Assembly: GCA_035526585.1 (NCBI GenBank)
Contig: DATLCC010000027.1
Span: 2,660-66,659 of the forward strand
Direction: 5' to 3'
Length of the DNA stretch: 64,000 nt
Source: Thermoplasmatota archaeon
GTDB taxonomy: Archaea > Thermoplasmatota > SW-10-69-26 > JACQPN01 > JAJPHT01
Under the pieces are notes generated by a model that saw nothing but the letters and a program-made list of their open reading frames with translations, was not told the origin of the DNA and did not search any database. Shown piece by piece: positions 16,368-25,869 of this stretch (positions are counted from its first letter, which is position 1; every line of letters starts with the position of its first letter). Position numbers and translations under genes: made by a program.

Positions 16368-17423
16368 TCAGTATTCCTTCAGCAGGTACGGGTCGAACAC
16401 GCCCATCCGCTTCTGCCAGTCGTCGGGGTGGAGCTTGCGGACGGCCATCGCGATGCTTGAGAGGAGCGCGTTCCCGTCCTGAGGGGTGAACGCGTAGCCG
16501 GTGACGTCGCGGCCGTTCTCGCTCACGTGGAGGGAGGGCGTGACGACGACCGTCTGGGAGAGGATGCGGCCGAAGGGTCCGTGCTCGCGGGCGAAGCTGA
16601 AGACGAGGTTCGTCGCGGTCTTCTCGGTGAGGCCGATGAACCGATCGTCCTTGAGCTGCTTCTTCACAGCGTCCAGCGTCGTGGGCGTCTTCAGGCGGAA
16701 GTGGAAGTGCGCCGTGTGCATGAACTGGGTGTTGAGCTTCATCGCGCTGGAGAAGAGGTTCACGTCCTTGTTCAGCGTCGACCTGTAGAGGTTCGCCGCG
16801 TCGGTCGCGTGGTGCGTGCCGCGCGCCTCCTTGTGCTTCTCGACCGTCGGGGCCTGGATGAATTTGCTATCCCCCACGTCGCCCGCGCGACGGATGAGGA
16901 CCAGGCGTCCTTCCTCGAGGTCCGCGCCATCCTTCGAGAGCGTGTGGACGAGGCGCACCGTCGTGTGCGTGTTGCACGACACGATGTGCACGAACCGCTC
17001 CTTCGCGGGGTCGACCGCGTGGTCGTTGATGCCCAGCGCATACATCGCGCCAAACCCTTCCTCGCTGCCTTGCGCGAGGACGAGCTTGTTCCCTGCGAGC
17101 TTGGAGTAGATCGTCTCCTTGTTCTCGAGGCCGGAGTCCTCGGGGGTGCAGTCGATGACGACGGTGGCGCGCTCCAGCGCGGCCTGCGCGGTGAGGTCCG
17201 GCGCGAGCCCGATCTTCTCGAAATCGGCGCGCTTGTCGTCCGCCACGGCGAGCTTGGCGCCGCTCTTGCGGAGCGCGTTCACCATCGGGCGGTCCTCCTT
17301 GCGGGGGCTGTGCTTGTAGAAGGTGACCTCGTCGAGGCCCAGCTCCGTGCGGTACTTCGCGAGGAGGCCGATGATGGGCTCGCCGATGGTGCCGGTGCCG
17401 ACGACGTGCACGATGTTCGCCAT
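16368..17423 (-). CDS. gap: type II (archaeal) glyceraldehyde-3-phosphate dehydrogenase homologue, divergent
   Basis: It aligns by eye to archaeal GAPDH. Matching elements are the N-terminal Rossmann motif VVGTGTIGEP, VVIDCTPE, the catalytic-Cys motif VSCNTHT, LIRRAGD, GTHHATDA and TQFMHTAHFHF. It is more divergent than typical GYGTIGKR-type enzymes, so substrate and cofactor are not certain. Confidence 0.72.
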   Translation of the reverse strand: MANIVHVVGTGTIGEPIIGLLAKYRTELGLDEVTFYKHSPRKEDRPMVNALRKSGAKLAVADDKRADFEKIGLAPDLTAQAALERATVVIDCTPEDSGLENKETIYSKLAGNKLVLAQGSEEGFGAMYALGINDHAVDPAKERFVHIVSCNTHTTVRLVHTLSKDGADLEEGRLVLIRRAGDVGDSKFIQAPTVEKHKEARGTHHATDAANLYRSTLNKDVNLFSSAMKLNTQFMHTAHFHFRLKTPTTLDAVKKQLKDDRFIGLTEKTATNLVFSFAREHGPFGRILSQTVVVTPSLHVSENGRDVTGYAFTPQDGNALLSSIAMAVRKLHPDDWQKRMGVFDPYLLKEY

Positions 17424-17780
17424 GATGTTCGGCTAGGACCTACTCTCAGGGGGTTCTTGAAAGCTGCGCCAGACCACGGTCATCTGTGACCTCGGGTCCC
17501 GCGAAGCGCAGAGGCGCGCGGGGACGCGACGAGGCGACGACCCGACGAGGCAACGAACGCGAGGCCAGGATCGTCGGCTCTGCCGGGTCGCGTCGGTCCT
17601 GATCCATCGCTTTGGCGCAGGCGTCATCGCGACACGTCGTGTGACCGGAGGGTCACGCGGCGACCTTGGCCCGCGCAAGGTCCGCGACCAAGCAAGGAGT
17701 GACGAGGGAGGCGCCCTCGGTGTCTGCGGGCCGATGCCCAGACAACGGTGTCGCGGGCCGATGCGAGGCGCTCCGCTGCG

Positions 17781-20700
17781 CTATCCCCGCCGTCGGCGCA
17801 GCACGAGCATCGCCGCTCCGATCGCCGCCAGCACCAGCACGAGGGAGGGCGCCGGCAGTGGGGACCCGGGCTTTGCGCTGAACACGACGGCGCTCTCGGC
17901 GATCTTCACGTTGCCGGCGCTGTCGCGGGCCGTCACGTCGATGCGGTAGTCGCCTTCGGGCGGGTTGAACTTGACGACGAACGTGCTCGCGCCCTTGCGC
18001 GTCGCGTTCAGCGTCTGCACGACTTGGCCGTCGCGCTTCACGAGCACGTCGACGCCGGCCACGTTCGCCTCGGTGGCGATCGTGAGCGTGACGTCCTCGT
18101 TGGCGCGGGGGCGTTGCGGGTCCATCGTCACCTTGCTGATGCCCGGCGGCGAGTTGTCGACGGTGAGCGCGAACTTGGCGCTCGTGGCGACGCCGTAGAT
18201 GTTCTCGGCGGTGACGGTGACGTCGACCGGGCCCGCGGCGAAGGTGGACGTGTCGATCTGGAAGTTGGGGCCGCGCAGGTCGTAGCTCACGCCCTTGATG
18301 CTGTAGGTGACCTTCCCGACGCCCAGCGGGTCGCGGATGTCGAGGCGGACGGGCGTGCCGGCGCGGATCGTCGTGCCCTGGTCGGTGGCGAGCTTCACGG
18401 TGGGCGCGCTGCCGGGATTGAGCACGAACGTGCCGACGGTGACGCGCGTCTTGTTGACGTTGGGCGGGTCGGCGGCGTCGGCGGCCTCGGCGGTCACGCG
18501 GTACGTGCCCGCGACGGTGAACGTGCGCGTCGCGTTCCAGCGCCCTTCGCCGACCTTGCTGAGGACGACGGCCTGCGACTCGTTCGTGGGGAAGACGACG
18601 TACGCCGTGACGGACGAGATGCCGGTCGCGTCCTGGAGGTAGACGTCGAGGCTCACGGGCTCGCCCAGCTTCGCGGTGGCGGGCGTCGCGACGATGCGCT
18701 CGATGTGCGGGTTCTCCTCGTCGAGCACGTTCGTGATCGTCGTGGCGCGCAGCGTCTGCTCGGGGCGCAGCTGCGGCTGGACCGTGATCGTGAGCGTGTC
18801 GCGGCCCGCGCCGGGGATGGTCGGCACGTCGATCGTCGCGAGGATGGGGAGCGGCGTCCCGCGCGGGAGCGCGACGGCGAGCTCGGACTGCGACGAGAGC
18901 CAGCCGTGCTCGCTCTCGAAGCGGATGAGGACGGGCTCGTTGGGCTGGTTGCCCTGGTATTCGATGATGAAGGCGTTGGGCGCCTCGCCGTACGTGATGC
19001 TCTGGCCGGGGCGCGCGGAGAGGCCGAGCGCGGGCGTGAGCTTGATGTCGAACGTGCGCAGCGTGAGCGGCTTCGTCCTCTCGTTGGAGGCGGCGCTGTC
19101 GTCGATCTCGGGCACGTTGTCGTCCACGTCGACGCGCGCGAGGATCACGCCGGGGCCTTCGACGCCCACCGTGTCCCACGTGAAGATCTCGACGAGCCGG
19201 CGCTGCCCGGGGATCGCGAGCGCGGGGTACGTCTTCTCGCCGATGACGCGCTCGACGCCGTTCTGCACGAAGTACAGGCGCAGCGTCGTGTTCTTCTCGG
19301 CGGCCTTGTTGCCGTTGTTGCCGACGACGACGCTCACCTCGAGCGGGTCGCCCGTGTAGGGGCTCGTCGAGTTGACGAGGATGTTGTCGACGAAGAGGTC
19401 GGGTCCGCTCACGCGGCCTTCGAGCGTGAGGCTCTTCTCGCGCGTCGGGTCGCTCTTGGAGACGACCTTCACGACGGCGGTCGCCTTCTCGCCGACGATC
19501 GCGCTGCCGGGCGCGCGGAGGGTGACCTGCACGACGCCTTCCTGCGTGGGCTGGAGCTCGAGGTAGCCCAGGCCGTTGACGCTCGGCGTGACCTCGATGC
19601 CCCAGTCGGAGGGGCGCGTGGGGAGCGGGATGGTGAAGTTGTCGGCGACGTTGCCGACGTTCATCACGCGCACGTCGAAGGTGACGTTCGTGCCCGCGTC
19701 CACGAAGGACGTGTTGAGCGGCGCGTCGAGGCGCATGTTGGGGCCGCGGATCACGGTCATCTTGCTCTCGATGCTGACGCGGCGCTCGTCGATCGGCCGG
19801 TCGAGCGGGCCGCTCGAGGTCGCGTTCACGTAGAACGACGCCTGCGTGTCGGGCGCCACGTTGGGGGGCGAGGTGACGGTGAGCGTGAACATCGTCGTGT
19901 TGAACGGCGTGAGGTGCGCCGTGCGCTCGGAGAGGCGAGCGTCCCAGCCGCCCACGGTGGGCACGAGGTCGAGCGAGAGGTTGTCGTAGCCGTTGCCCAG
20001 GTTCTCGATGCCGATGTTGTACACCTGCGGCTCGCCGGGCACCAGGCGCGCGGCCGCGTCGAGGACGGGCGCGACCTCCCAGCGCTGCGCGACGTGCGCG
20101 GTGAAGGTGAGCGTGCAGAAGCCGACGCTCGGGACCTCGTTGGCCTTGCAGCGGCCCGTGCCGGCGTCGCCGAGGCTCTCCATCCTGACCTGCCACGTGT
20201 AGGTCCCGTTCGTCGCGTTGGGCGGCGCCTTCACCTGGATGGTGACGTTCTTGAGCTCGCCCTTGCGGACGACGAGGGTGCCATCGCGGCCGACCGCGTC
20301 GACGCCGGCGCCCGTGATGATGGGGGACCAGCTGTCATTGATGGTCATCGTCTCGTTGATGAACGAGACGTTGAACCGGTCGTCGGCGTTGCCCGTGTTG
20401 TTGAGCGTGATGTTGAAGAAGCGCGTCTGGCCGACCTGCATCTCGCGCCACGTCTCGTTCGAGGTGGCGTTGAGGCTGTGGCGGACGTCCACGATGAAGC
20501 TCGGGAGCGTCGGGTTCTTGCCGCAGTAGATGTCGTCGACGCAGTTGCTCGACACGGCGGTGGTCGTGGTCACGCTGCGCGTGGAGCTCCACTGCACGAA
20601 GTCGCTGGCCTGGCCGACGTTCGTCTCGTTCCCCGCGGTCTCGTTCTCGGGGACGATGATCGTCACGCGCACGACGCGCGACTGCGACTTGCCGAGGCTG

Positions 20701-21545
20701 AAGCGCTCGGGCGCGAAGCTGATGGTGTAGTTGCGGTACTTCGCGAAGTCGAAGTCCGCGGGGAGCCCGCCGATGAACGTGTCCTCGACGGTGCCGGTGT
20801 TGCGGACGTTGTACTCGGCGACGATCGTCTTGCCGGCGACCACCTTGCAGCCGACCTGGACGGCCGGGAACGGCTTCACGGCGCCATCGGGGCACGGCTC
20901 GGTGATCTGGTTGCGCGCCCACGGGCTGTTGAGCGTCTTGTCGGCGCCTTCGGGCGCCGCGCGGACGGGCTTCGCCGTGACGCCGAGCACGCCGACGCTC
21001 ACGCCGTAGATCGTGACCTGGTCGTTCTGGCAGCGCGTGTCGGGGCCCTGGCAACCCGTGAGGTTCTGGCCGGGCGTGCTGCCGATGCTGCCGATCTCCA
21101 GGAAGAGGGACGAGGCATCCGTGCGCTGGTTGGGCTCCGGGTGCCAGACGAGGGAGTAGAGTCGCGATGCGCCCGCGGGGACGGTGAAGGCGTTCGAGCC
21201 GTCGGCGCGCTGCTGGCTCGTCGGCGTCATGCGGATGTAGCACGGGGCGAGCTGCCCGGTGGGGTCCGTGACGCCGTCGCCCGGCTCGACGCAGTCGTTG
21301 CCCGTGCCGAAGCCGACGAAGATCTGCCAACCGGTGGGCGGCGCGAAGTCGACGGTGCCGCCGTTGTGGACGGTGATGTTGATCGGCGCGTCGACGCCGA
21401 TGACGGGCGACCCATAGTTCACGTCCGCGACGAAGACGTCCGAGCCTACGACGGGCTGCGTGCCCTGCGCGGTCGCGAGACCGGCGAAGAGCTCGAGCAC
21501 GAAGAGGCCGACGATGAACGCGGCGACGGTCTTATTCGGCAACAT
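17781..21545 (-). CDS. giant envelope protein E (1254 aa): signal/anchor, NEW3/CARDB-like and Ig-like repeats, C-terminal TM anchor
   Basis: The N-terminal hydrophobic segment is MLPNKTVAAFIVGLFVLELFAGLATAQG. Repeated modules of the COG1470/NEW3 type are present (e.g. FTLTVTSPPNVAPDTQASFYVNATS, VTLRAPGSAIVGEKATAVVKVVS). A CARDB-like module is present (DLFVDNILVNSTSPYTGDPLEVSVVVGNNGNKAAEKNTTLRLYF). C-terminal Ig-like modules are bounded by D-x-x-P-P. The anchor is LPAPSLVLVLAAIGAAMLVLRRRRG. I count about 27 N-x-S/T sequons. The ATG at 21545 overlaps the upstream gene by 14 nt. Confidence 0.85.
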   Translation of the reverse strand: MLPNKTVAAFIVGLFVLELFAGLATAQGTQPVVGSDVFVADVNYGSPVIGVDAPINITVHNGGTVDFAPPTGWQIFVGFGTGNDCVEPGDGVTDPTGQLAPCYIRMTPTSQQRADGSNAFTVPAGASRLYSLVWHPEPNQRTDASSLFLEIGSIGSTPGQNLTGCQGPDTRCQNDQVTIYGVSVGVLGVTAKPVRAAPEGADKTLNSPWARNQITEPCPDGAVKPFPAVQVGCKVVAGKTIVAEYNVRNTGTVEDTFIGGLPADFDFAKYRNYTISFAPERFSLGKSQSRVVRVTIIVPENETAGNETNVGQASDFVQWSSTRSVTTTTAVSSNCVDDIYCGKNPTLPSFIVDVRHSLNATSNETWREMQVGQTRFFNITLNNTGNADDRFNVSFINETMTINDSWSPIITGAGVDAVGRDGTLVVRKGELKNVTIQVKAPPNATNGTYTWQVRMESLGDAGTGRCKANEVPSVGFCTLTFTAHVAQRWEVAPVLDAAARLVPGEPQVYNIGIENLGNGYDNLSLDLVPTVGGWDARLSERTAHLTPFNTTMFTLTVTSPPNVAPDTQASFYVNATSSGPLDRPIDERRVSIESKMTVIRGPNMRLDAPLNTSFVDAGTNVTFDVRVMNVGNVADNFTIPLPTRPSDWGIEVTPSVNGLGYLELQPTQEGVVQVTLRAPGSAIVGEKATAVVKVVSKSDPTREKSLTLEGRVSGPDLFVDNILVNSTSPYTGDPLEVSVVVGNNGNKAAEKNTTLRLYFVQNGVERVIGEKTYPALAIPGQRRLVEIFTWDTVGVEGPGVILARVDVDDNVPEIDDSAASNERTKPLTLRTFDIKLTPALGLSARPGQSITYGEAPNAFIIEYQGNQPNEPVLIRFESEHGWLSSQSELAVALPRGTPLPILATIDVPTIPGAGRDTLTITVQPQLRPEQTLRATTITNVLDEENPHIERIVATPATAKLGEPVSLDVYLQDATGISSVTAYVVFPTNESQAVVLSKVGEGRWNATRTFTVAGTYRVTAEAADAADPPNVNKTRVTVGTFVLNPGSAPTVKLATDQGTTIRAGTPVRLDIRDPLGVGKVTYSIKGVSYDLRGPNFQIDTSTFAAGPVDVTVTAENIYGVATSAKFALTVDNSPPGISKVTMDPQRPRANEDVTLTIATEANVAGVDVLVKRDGQVVQTLNATRKGASTFVVKFNPPEGDYRIDVTARDSAGNVKIAESAVVFSAKPGSPLPAPSLVLVLAAIGAAMLVLRRRRG

Positions 21546-22215
21546 CCGGCAACAACTCCTTCGGGGTGGCCTCGCCGCGGAGCTTGGCTCCGCGCGCGAG
21601 GATGAACAGGGATGCGGCGCCCGCGAGGGCGAGCGCGGCGACGGCGACGCCCAACGGCGCCGTCGTCTCGACGGCGGCGCGCAGCTGCGCGGGGCCGATC
21701 GCGGCGAGGGCGAACGCGGCGCCGATCGCGGCCGCGACGGCGAGCGCGGCGATGGCGGCGCGGCTCGCGAGCGTCTTTAGCGCCTCGTCGGTGACGCGGT
21801 TGATGTGCTCCTCGGGCACGTTCTCCTTCTCGACCGCGCGGTGCGCGCGCTCGTAGCGCTCCGTCATGTGGACGAGCTCGCTCACGAGGAGGAGCGCGAC
21901 GCCGAAGAGCACGCCGATCGCGTACGTGAGGAGCCCGGGGCTCCCGACGCCGCCCGGGATCACGGCGAGGACCATCGCGCCCACGCCCGCGAGGGCGAGG
22001 ACGCTGGAGCGGCGGGCCACGGCGACGAGCGCCGCCACCGCGCCCACGGCGAGGAGCGCGAGGAGCGCGATCGCCGGCACGTGGGCGCCCAGGATGCGGC
22101 CGTCGCCCTTCGACACCTGCACGACGCCCAGCGCGGCGGCCACGACGGCGGCGCCGTACGCGTAGCGGAGAACGCGCTTCTCGTGCGGGAACGGCTCGGT
22201 CTTGGCGGCGCTCAT
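21532..22215 (-). CDS. polytopic membrane protein (227 aa), unknown function, operon member
   Basis: This is the C-terminal part of track ORF 21532..22992, from the ATG at 22215: MSAAKTEPFPHEKRVLRYAYGAAVVAAALGVV.... It has several Ala/Val/Leu-rich TM helices around a charged loop (MTERYERAHRAVEKENVPEEHINRVTDEALK). Its start forms an ATGA overlap with the DUF58 stop. Confidence 0.7.
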   Translation of the reverse strand: MSAAKTEPFPHEKRVLRYAYGAAVVAAALGVVQVSKGDGRILGAHVPAIALLALLAVGAVAALVAVARRSSVLALAGVGAMVLAVIPGGVGSPGLLTYAIGVLFGVALLLVSELVHMTERYERAHRAVEKENVPEEHINRVTDEALKTLASRAAIAALAVAAAIGAAFALAAIGPAQLRAAVETTAPLGVAVAALALAGAASLFILARGAKLRGEATPKELLPDVAE

Positions 22216-23459
22216 GCGACGAGCATCCTCCCTTTCTCCATCGTGGCGGCGAGCAGGTCGCCGGGGTCGAGCTCGATGACGGTGGCGCCGAGGCCCGCGA
22301 CCTCGCGCAGGAGCGTCTCGCGCTCGGCGAAGAGGGCGCGCGCAAGGGCCCCCTCGGCGCCGGGGAGCGCCGGCGGGCGTGGCGCGATGACGGCGACCTG
22401 CATGTTGTTGGCAAGGAGCGTGGAGACGGCCTCGGTGAGCGTGCCGTCGTCCACGCCGGCGGTGAAGAAGATGCAGGGCGTCAAGGGCTTCAAGCTCGGC
22501 AGAGCTTGAGAAACGGCGAACTTCACGGGGAAGTTGCCCTTGGGCTGGAGCTCGGCGAGCGTCTCCAGCATCATGGGGATCATGCGCTCGGGCGGCTGCG
22601 GCTCGATCTCGCGCACGTGGTCGCTGTAGAGGTAGATGCGCGGCTGGTCCTTCTTCACGAAGACGAACTCGGTGAAGCTCGCGACGGCGCGGGCGATCAT
22701 GACGCGCGCGCTCTGGTCCTCGGGGCCGGCGAGCGTGATGCCGCGCGCGTCGACGAAGAGCGTGACCTCCGCCGCGGTCGTGCGCATCATCTGGTTCACG
22801 AGGAGCTTCGACGAGCGCGCGCTCGCCTTCCAGTTGACGCTGCGCAGCGTGTCGCCCGGAACGTATTCGCGGATGCTGAAGAAGTCGAACCCGTCGCCAG
22901 GGCGGTTCACCTGGTGGTCGCCCATGAGCGGCATCGGGAGCGTGGAGAGGAGCGCGGCCTTGCGCAGGTCCTCCGCGCGAGGCAGCACCCACAGGGTGTG
23001 GCTGGCCTCCGTGTGCCGCTCCTCGTAGAAGAGCCCGAACGGGTCCTCGAGGCGCAGGTCGGTGGGGCCGATCTCGTAGACGCCCAGGAGCGGCGCCTTC
23101 ACCTCATACTTCAGGTCGTCCACGGCGCCCGAGGGGAGCGCGAGGAGATCGTACGCCTGCCCGCTCTCGACGGCGAGCTGGCGCGGGAGGCGGTCGCGGA
23201 CCTCGAGGAAGAGGAGCCTGTCGCCCGGGTTCGTGAGGCGCAGCTCGACCTGCGTGCGCTCGCCCTCGAAGACGCGGTGCAGGTCGACCTGGCGCTCGCT
23301 GATGATCTCGTCGCTGCCGCGGAAGAGGAGGCGGTTCACGACGACGAAGGAGAGGAAGACGAGCCCCGTGCCCAGAGCGCCCGCGCTGCGCGAGGCCACG
23401 CCGGCCGCGACGAGCGCGAGACCGGCTCCCGTCAGCAGAACGCTCTTCCTGGTCCACAT
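22212..23459 (-). CDS. DUF58 (VWA-like) domain protein, N-terminally membrane-anchored
   Basis: There are two N-terminal TM helices (LLTGAGLALVAAGVASRSAGALGTGLVFLSFVVV). The DUF58 hallmark follows: FDFFSIREYVPGDTLRSVNWKASARSSKLLVNQ. The position immediately downstream of a MoxR ATPase is the canonical pairing. Confidence 0.85.
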   Translation of the reverse strand: MWTRKSVLLTGAGLALVAAGVASRSAGALGTGLVFLSFVVVNRLLFRGSDEIISERQVDLHRVFEGERTQVELRLTNPGDRLLFLEVRDRLPRQLAVESGQAYDLLALPSGAVDDLKYEVKAPLLGVYEIGPTDLRLEDPFGLFYEERHTEASHTLWVLPRAEDLRKAALLSTLPMPLMGDHQVNRPGDGFDFFSIREYVPGDTLRSVNWKASARSSKLLVNQMMRTTAAEVTLFVDARGITLAGPEDQSARVMIARAVASFTEFVFVKKDQPRIYLYSDHVREIEPQPPERMIPMMLETLAELQPKGNFPVKFAVSQALPSLKPLTPCIFFTAGVDDGTLTEAVSTLLANNMQVAVIAPRPPALPGAEGALARALFAERETLLREVAGLGATVIELDPGDLLAATMEKGRMLVA

Positions 23460-23466
23460 GCGGCGG

Positions 23467-24525
23467 TTACACCTTGGGTACGGGCACGCTGTCGAGGATG
23501 TTCTGCATGATGTCCTGCGCCTTGATGCCCTTGATGCGGGGCTCAGGCTTCAGGATCACGCGGTGCGCGAGCACGGGGATCATGAGGCGCTTGATGTCGT
23601 CGGGCACGACGTAGTCCCTCCCGTGGAGCGCGGCCCAGCCGCGGGCGAGCTTGAACAGGTTCTGCGAGCCGCGCGGCGACGAGCCGGCCACGAGCATCGG
23701 GTGCTTGCGGGTCGCGTCGATGAGGTTCGCGATGTAGTGGATGAGCTCGTCCGTGACGTACACGTGCTCGATCGCCTTCTGCATGGCGACGACGATCTCC
23801 GCGTTCGTCACGGGCTTCACGTCGAAGTCGTCCTTGCCGCGCTTGGCGCGGCGGATGAGGATCTCCGCCTCTTCCGCGGCCGTGGGGTAGCCCATGCTGA
23901 GCTTCATCGCGAAGCGGTCCATCTGCGCTTCCGGCAGCGGGTACGTGCCGGCCTGCTCGACCGGGTTCTGCGTCGCGAAGACGACGAAGGGCTTGGGCAG
24001 CTTCTGCGTGTAGCCTTCCACCGTCACCTGCTTCTCGGCCATCGCTTCCAGCATGGCGGACTGCGTCTTGGGGGAAGCGCGGTTGATCTCGTCCGCGAGG
24101 AGGTAGTTCGTGAAGATCGGACCGGGGCGGAAGTCGAACTCGTGCGTCCTCTGGTTGAGGATGAACGTGCCGTTGATGTCCGCCGGCAGGAGGTCGGGCG
24201 TGAACTGGACGCGCTTGAAGTCGCAACCACTCGCTCGAGCCAGAGCGGCCGCAAGGACGCTCTTGCCAAGCCCCGGCATGTCCTCGAGGAGGACGTGGCT
24301 GCCTTCGCTGAAGATGGCGAGCACCACGAGCTTGAGCTGGTCCTTCTTGCCGACGATCACGCGGCCGACCTCGTCGGTGAGCTGCGTGGCCGTCACGCCC
24401 ACGCTCTGGATCTGGGCGCGGACCTTGGGGTCGCGCACGGGCCCGGGGGCGCTGCCGGCGCTCGCGGGCTGGACGGTCGGACCGACGGTGGTGTTGATAC
24501 GTGTGGCTTCAGGCGGCGGGGTCAC
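23467..24525 (-). CDS. moxR: MoxR-family AAA+ ATPase
   Basis: The protein carries VIVGKKDQLKLVVLAIFSEGSHVLLEDMPGLGKSVLA (Walker A), FTPDLLPADINGT, LLADEINRASPKTQSAMLEAMAE (Walker B / sensor), ATQNPVEQAGTYPLPEAQMDRF and GSSPRGS. The GTG start at 24525 forms a GTGA overlap with the upstream stop. Confidence 0.93.
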   Translation of the reverse strand: MTPPPEATRINTTVGPTVQPASAGSAPGPVRDPKVRAQIQSVGVTATQLTDEVGRVIVGKKDQLKLVVLAIFSEGSHVLLEDMPGLGKSVLAAALARASGCDFKRVQFTPDLLPADINGTFILNQRTHEFDFRPGPIFTNYLLADEINRASPKTQSAMLEAMAEKQVTVEGYTQKLPKPFVVFATQNPVEQAGTYPLPEAQMDRFAMKLSMGYPTAAEEAEILIRRAKRGKDDFDVKPVTNAEIVVAMQKAIEHVYVTDELIHYIANLIDATRKHPMLVAGSSPRGSQNLFKLARGWAALHGRDYVVPDDIKRLMIPVLAHRVILKPEPRIKGIKAQDIMQNILDSVPVPKV

Positions 24526-25775
24526 TCAGATCGGGCCTCCGAGGGGCGTGAAAAGGATGCGAAGAGCGGCGCGGGGTCGCTGCGCAGCGTCCCGGCGGCG
24601 GCCTGGGAGAGGGTCGCGTCGCCGGTCAGTCTGGCGAGCTCCTCGGCCGTCATGGCCGCGACCTGCTCTAGGGCTATGTTAAACCTTTCGCTGATGCGGC
24701 GTCGCGCCATGCGCTGGGCACGCTCCAGGTCGGGCCGGACGTCCGCCGGCACGGGGACCTCGACGCCGAGGTTGTGCTCGTGGTGGGTCCAGTCCTCCGT
24801 CTCGCGCGTGGACCACCACGCGACGAGGCTCGCGACGATCACGAGGGCGAGGGTGACCAGGGGCGCGACGGCGCCGCTCGTCGCGCGGCCCAGCGCGCGG
24901 ACGGACGCGTCGTAGCCCGCCACAAGGGGCGCGGGGGAGTGCCGGGCCTCGTCCAGGACGATCGTGCCATCGCGGGGGATCAGGCTCCCGGCGAGCGCCT
25001 GGATGAAGGGCCCGTTCTCGAACTCGACGAGCTTCACCTGCGCATCCATGAAGAGGCCCGTGTCGGCGACGAGGACGAGCGTGCCCTGGCCCGCGCCGTA
25101 CTTCGTGCGCACGATGAGCGGGAACCCTTCGCCAGTGGAGGACGCCTGGTCGCCCACGTCGATCTCGCCGTTGTCGTTCACGTCGAGGTAGCTCCCGTCC
25201 GGGTACACGGCGACGCTCGACTCGGCCAGCACCTCGTGGTCGCCGACGTTCGAGAGGGGCGTGAGGGCGGTCGGGGCGTTGAACAGGATGCGGTAGTCGC
25301 GGCCATCGAGCGCGCCCGTCGTCGCGACGAGCGTCTCGTCGTCGAGGTGGTTGCGCGAGTCGACGAGCGAGGTTCCCATGAACGCGAAGCCGACCTCGCG
25401 CGCGATGTCGCTGCCGTACCCGCCCTCGTCGGCGAGGATGACGTTGCCGCCGCGCGCGAGGAAGTCGAGCACGGCCCGCGATTCGCCCTCGCTGTAGCGG
25501 CGCTCCGTGCCGATCACGACGAGGAGCGCGCGTTGCGGCTCGCGGATGTCGGCGAGCTGGTAGGGCGTCGAGAGGTACGCCTCGACCTTGCCCGCGCTCC
25601 CCGAGAGCGAGGAGAGCGCGAGGCTCGCGTCCTCGTCCCCCTCGCGGTACGCGGTGAGGTGCCGCCCGTCCGTGTTCCACACGAGGGGCGCCAGGAGCCC
25701 GACGGCGAGGAGCGCGAGGATGGTGACGAGCGTGTACGCGCGCTTCTGGGGGTCCTTGAGGAAGCCGAAGATCAT
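24522..25775 (-). CDS. DUF4350-like bitopic membrane protein (417 aa)
   Basis: The layout is an N-terminal TM (AYTLVTILALLAVGLLAPLVW), an extracytoplasmic domain (RALLVVIGTERRYSEGESRAVLDFLARGGNVILADEGGYG), a second TM (VAPLVTLALVIVASLVAWW), and a cytoplasmic tail of about 95 aa. The DUF4350 assignment rests on layout and context. A GAGGTG Shine-Dalgarno-like motif lies 5 nt upstream of the ATG. Confidence 0.7.
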   Translation of the reverse strand: MIFGFLKDPQKRAYTLVTILALLAVGLLAPLVWNTDGRHLTAYREGDEDASLALSSLSGSAGKVEAYLSTPYQLADIREPQRALLVVIGTERRYSEGESRAVLDFLARGGNVILADEGGYGSDIAREVGFAFMGTSLVDSRNHLDDETLVATTGALDGRDYRILFNAPTALTPLSNVGDHEVLAESSVAVYPDGSYLDVNDNGEIDVGDQASSTGEGFPLIVRTKYGAGQGTLVLVADTGLFMDAQVKLVEFENGPFIQALAGSLIPRDGTIVLDEARHSPAPLVAGYDASVRALGRATSGAVAPLVTLALVIVASLVAWWSTRETEDWTHHEHNLGVEVPVPADVRPDLERAQRMARRRISERFNIALEQVAAMTAEELARLTGDATLSQAAAGTLRSDPAPLFASFSRPSEARSE

Positions 25776-25869
25776 GCATCCACCTCGCGGCGCGGAGCAA
25801 CGCGGATCCGCGAACCCTGGACGCGACGCGCGCGGGTGCGCGGGTCCTCGTTGTTGCGTGGGATGGAGA

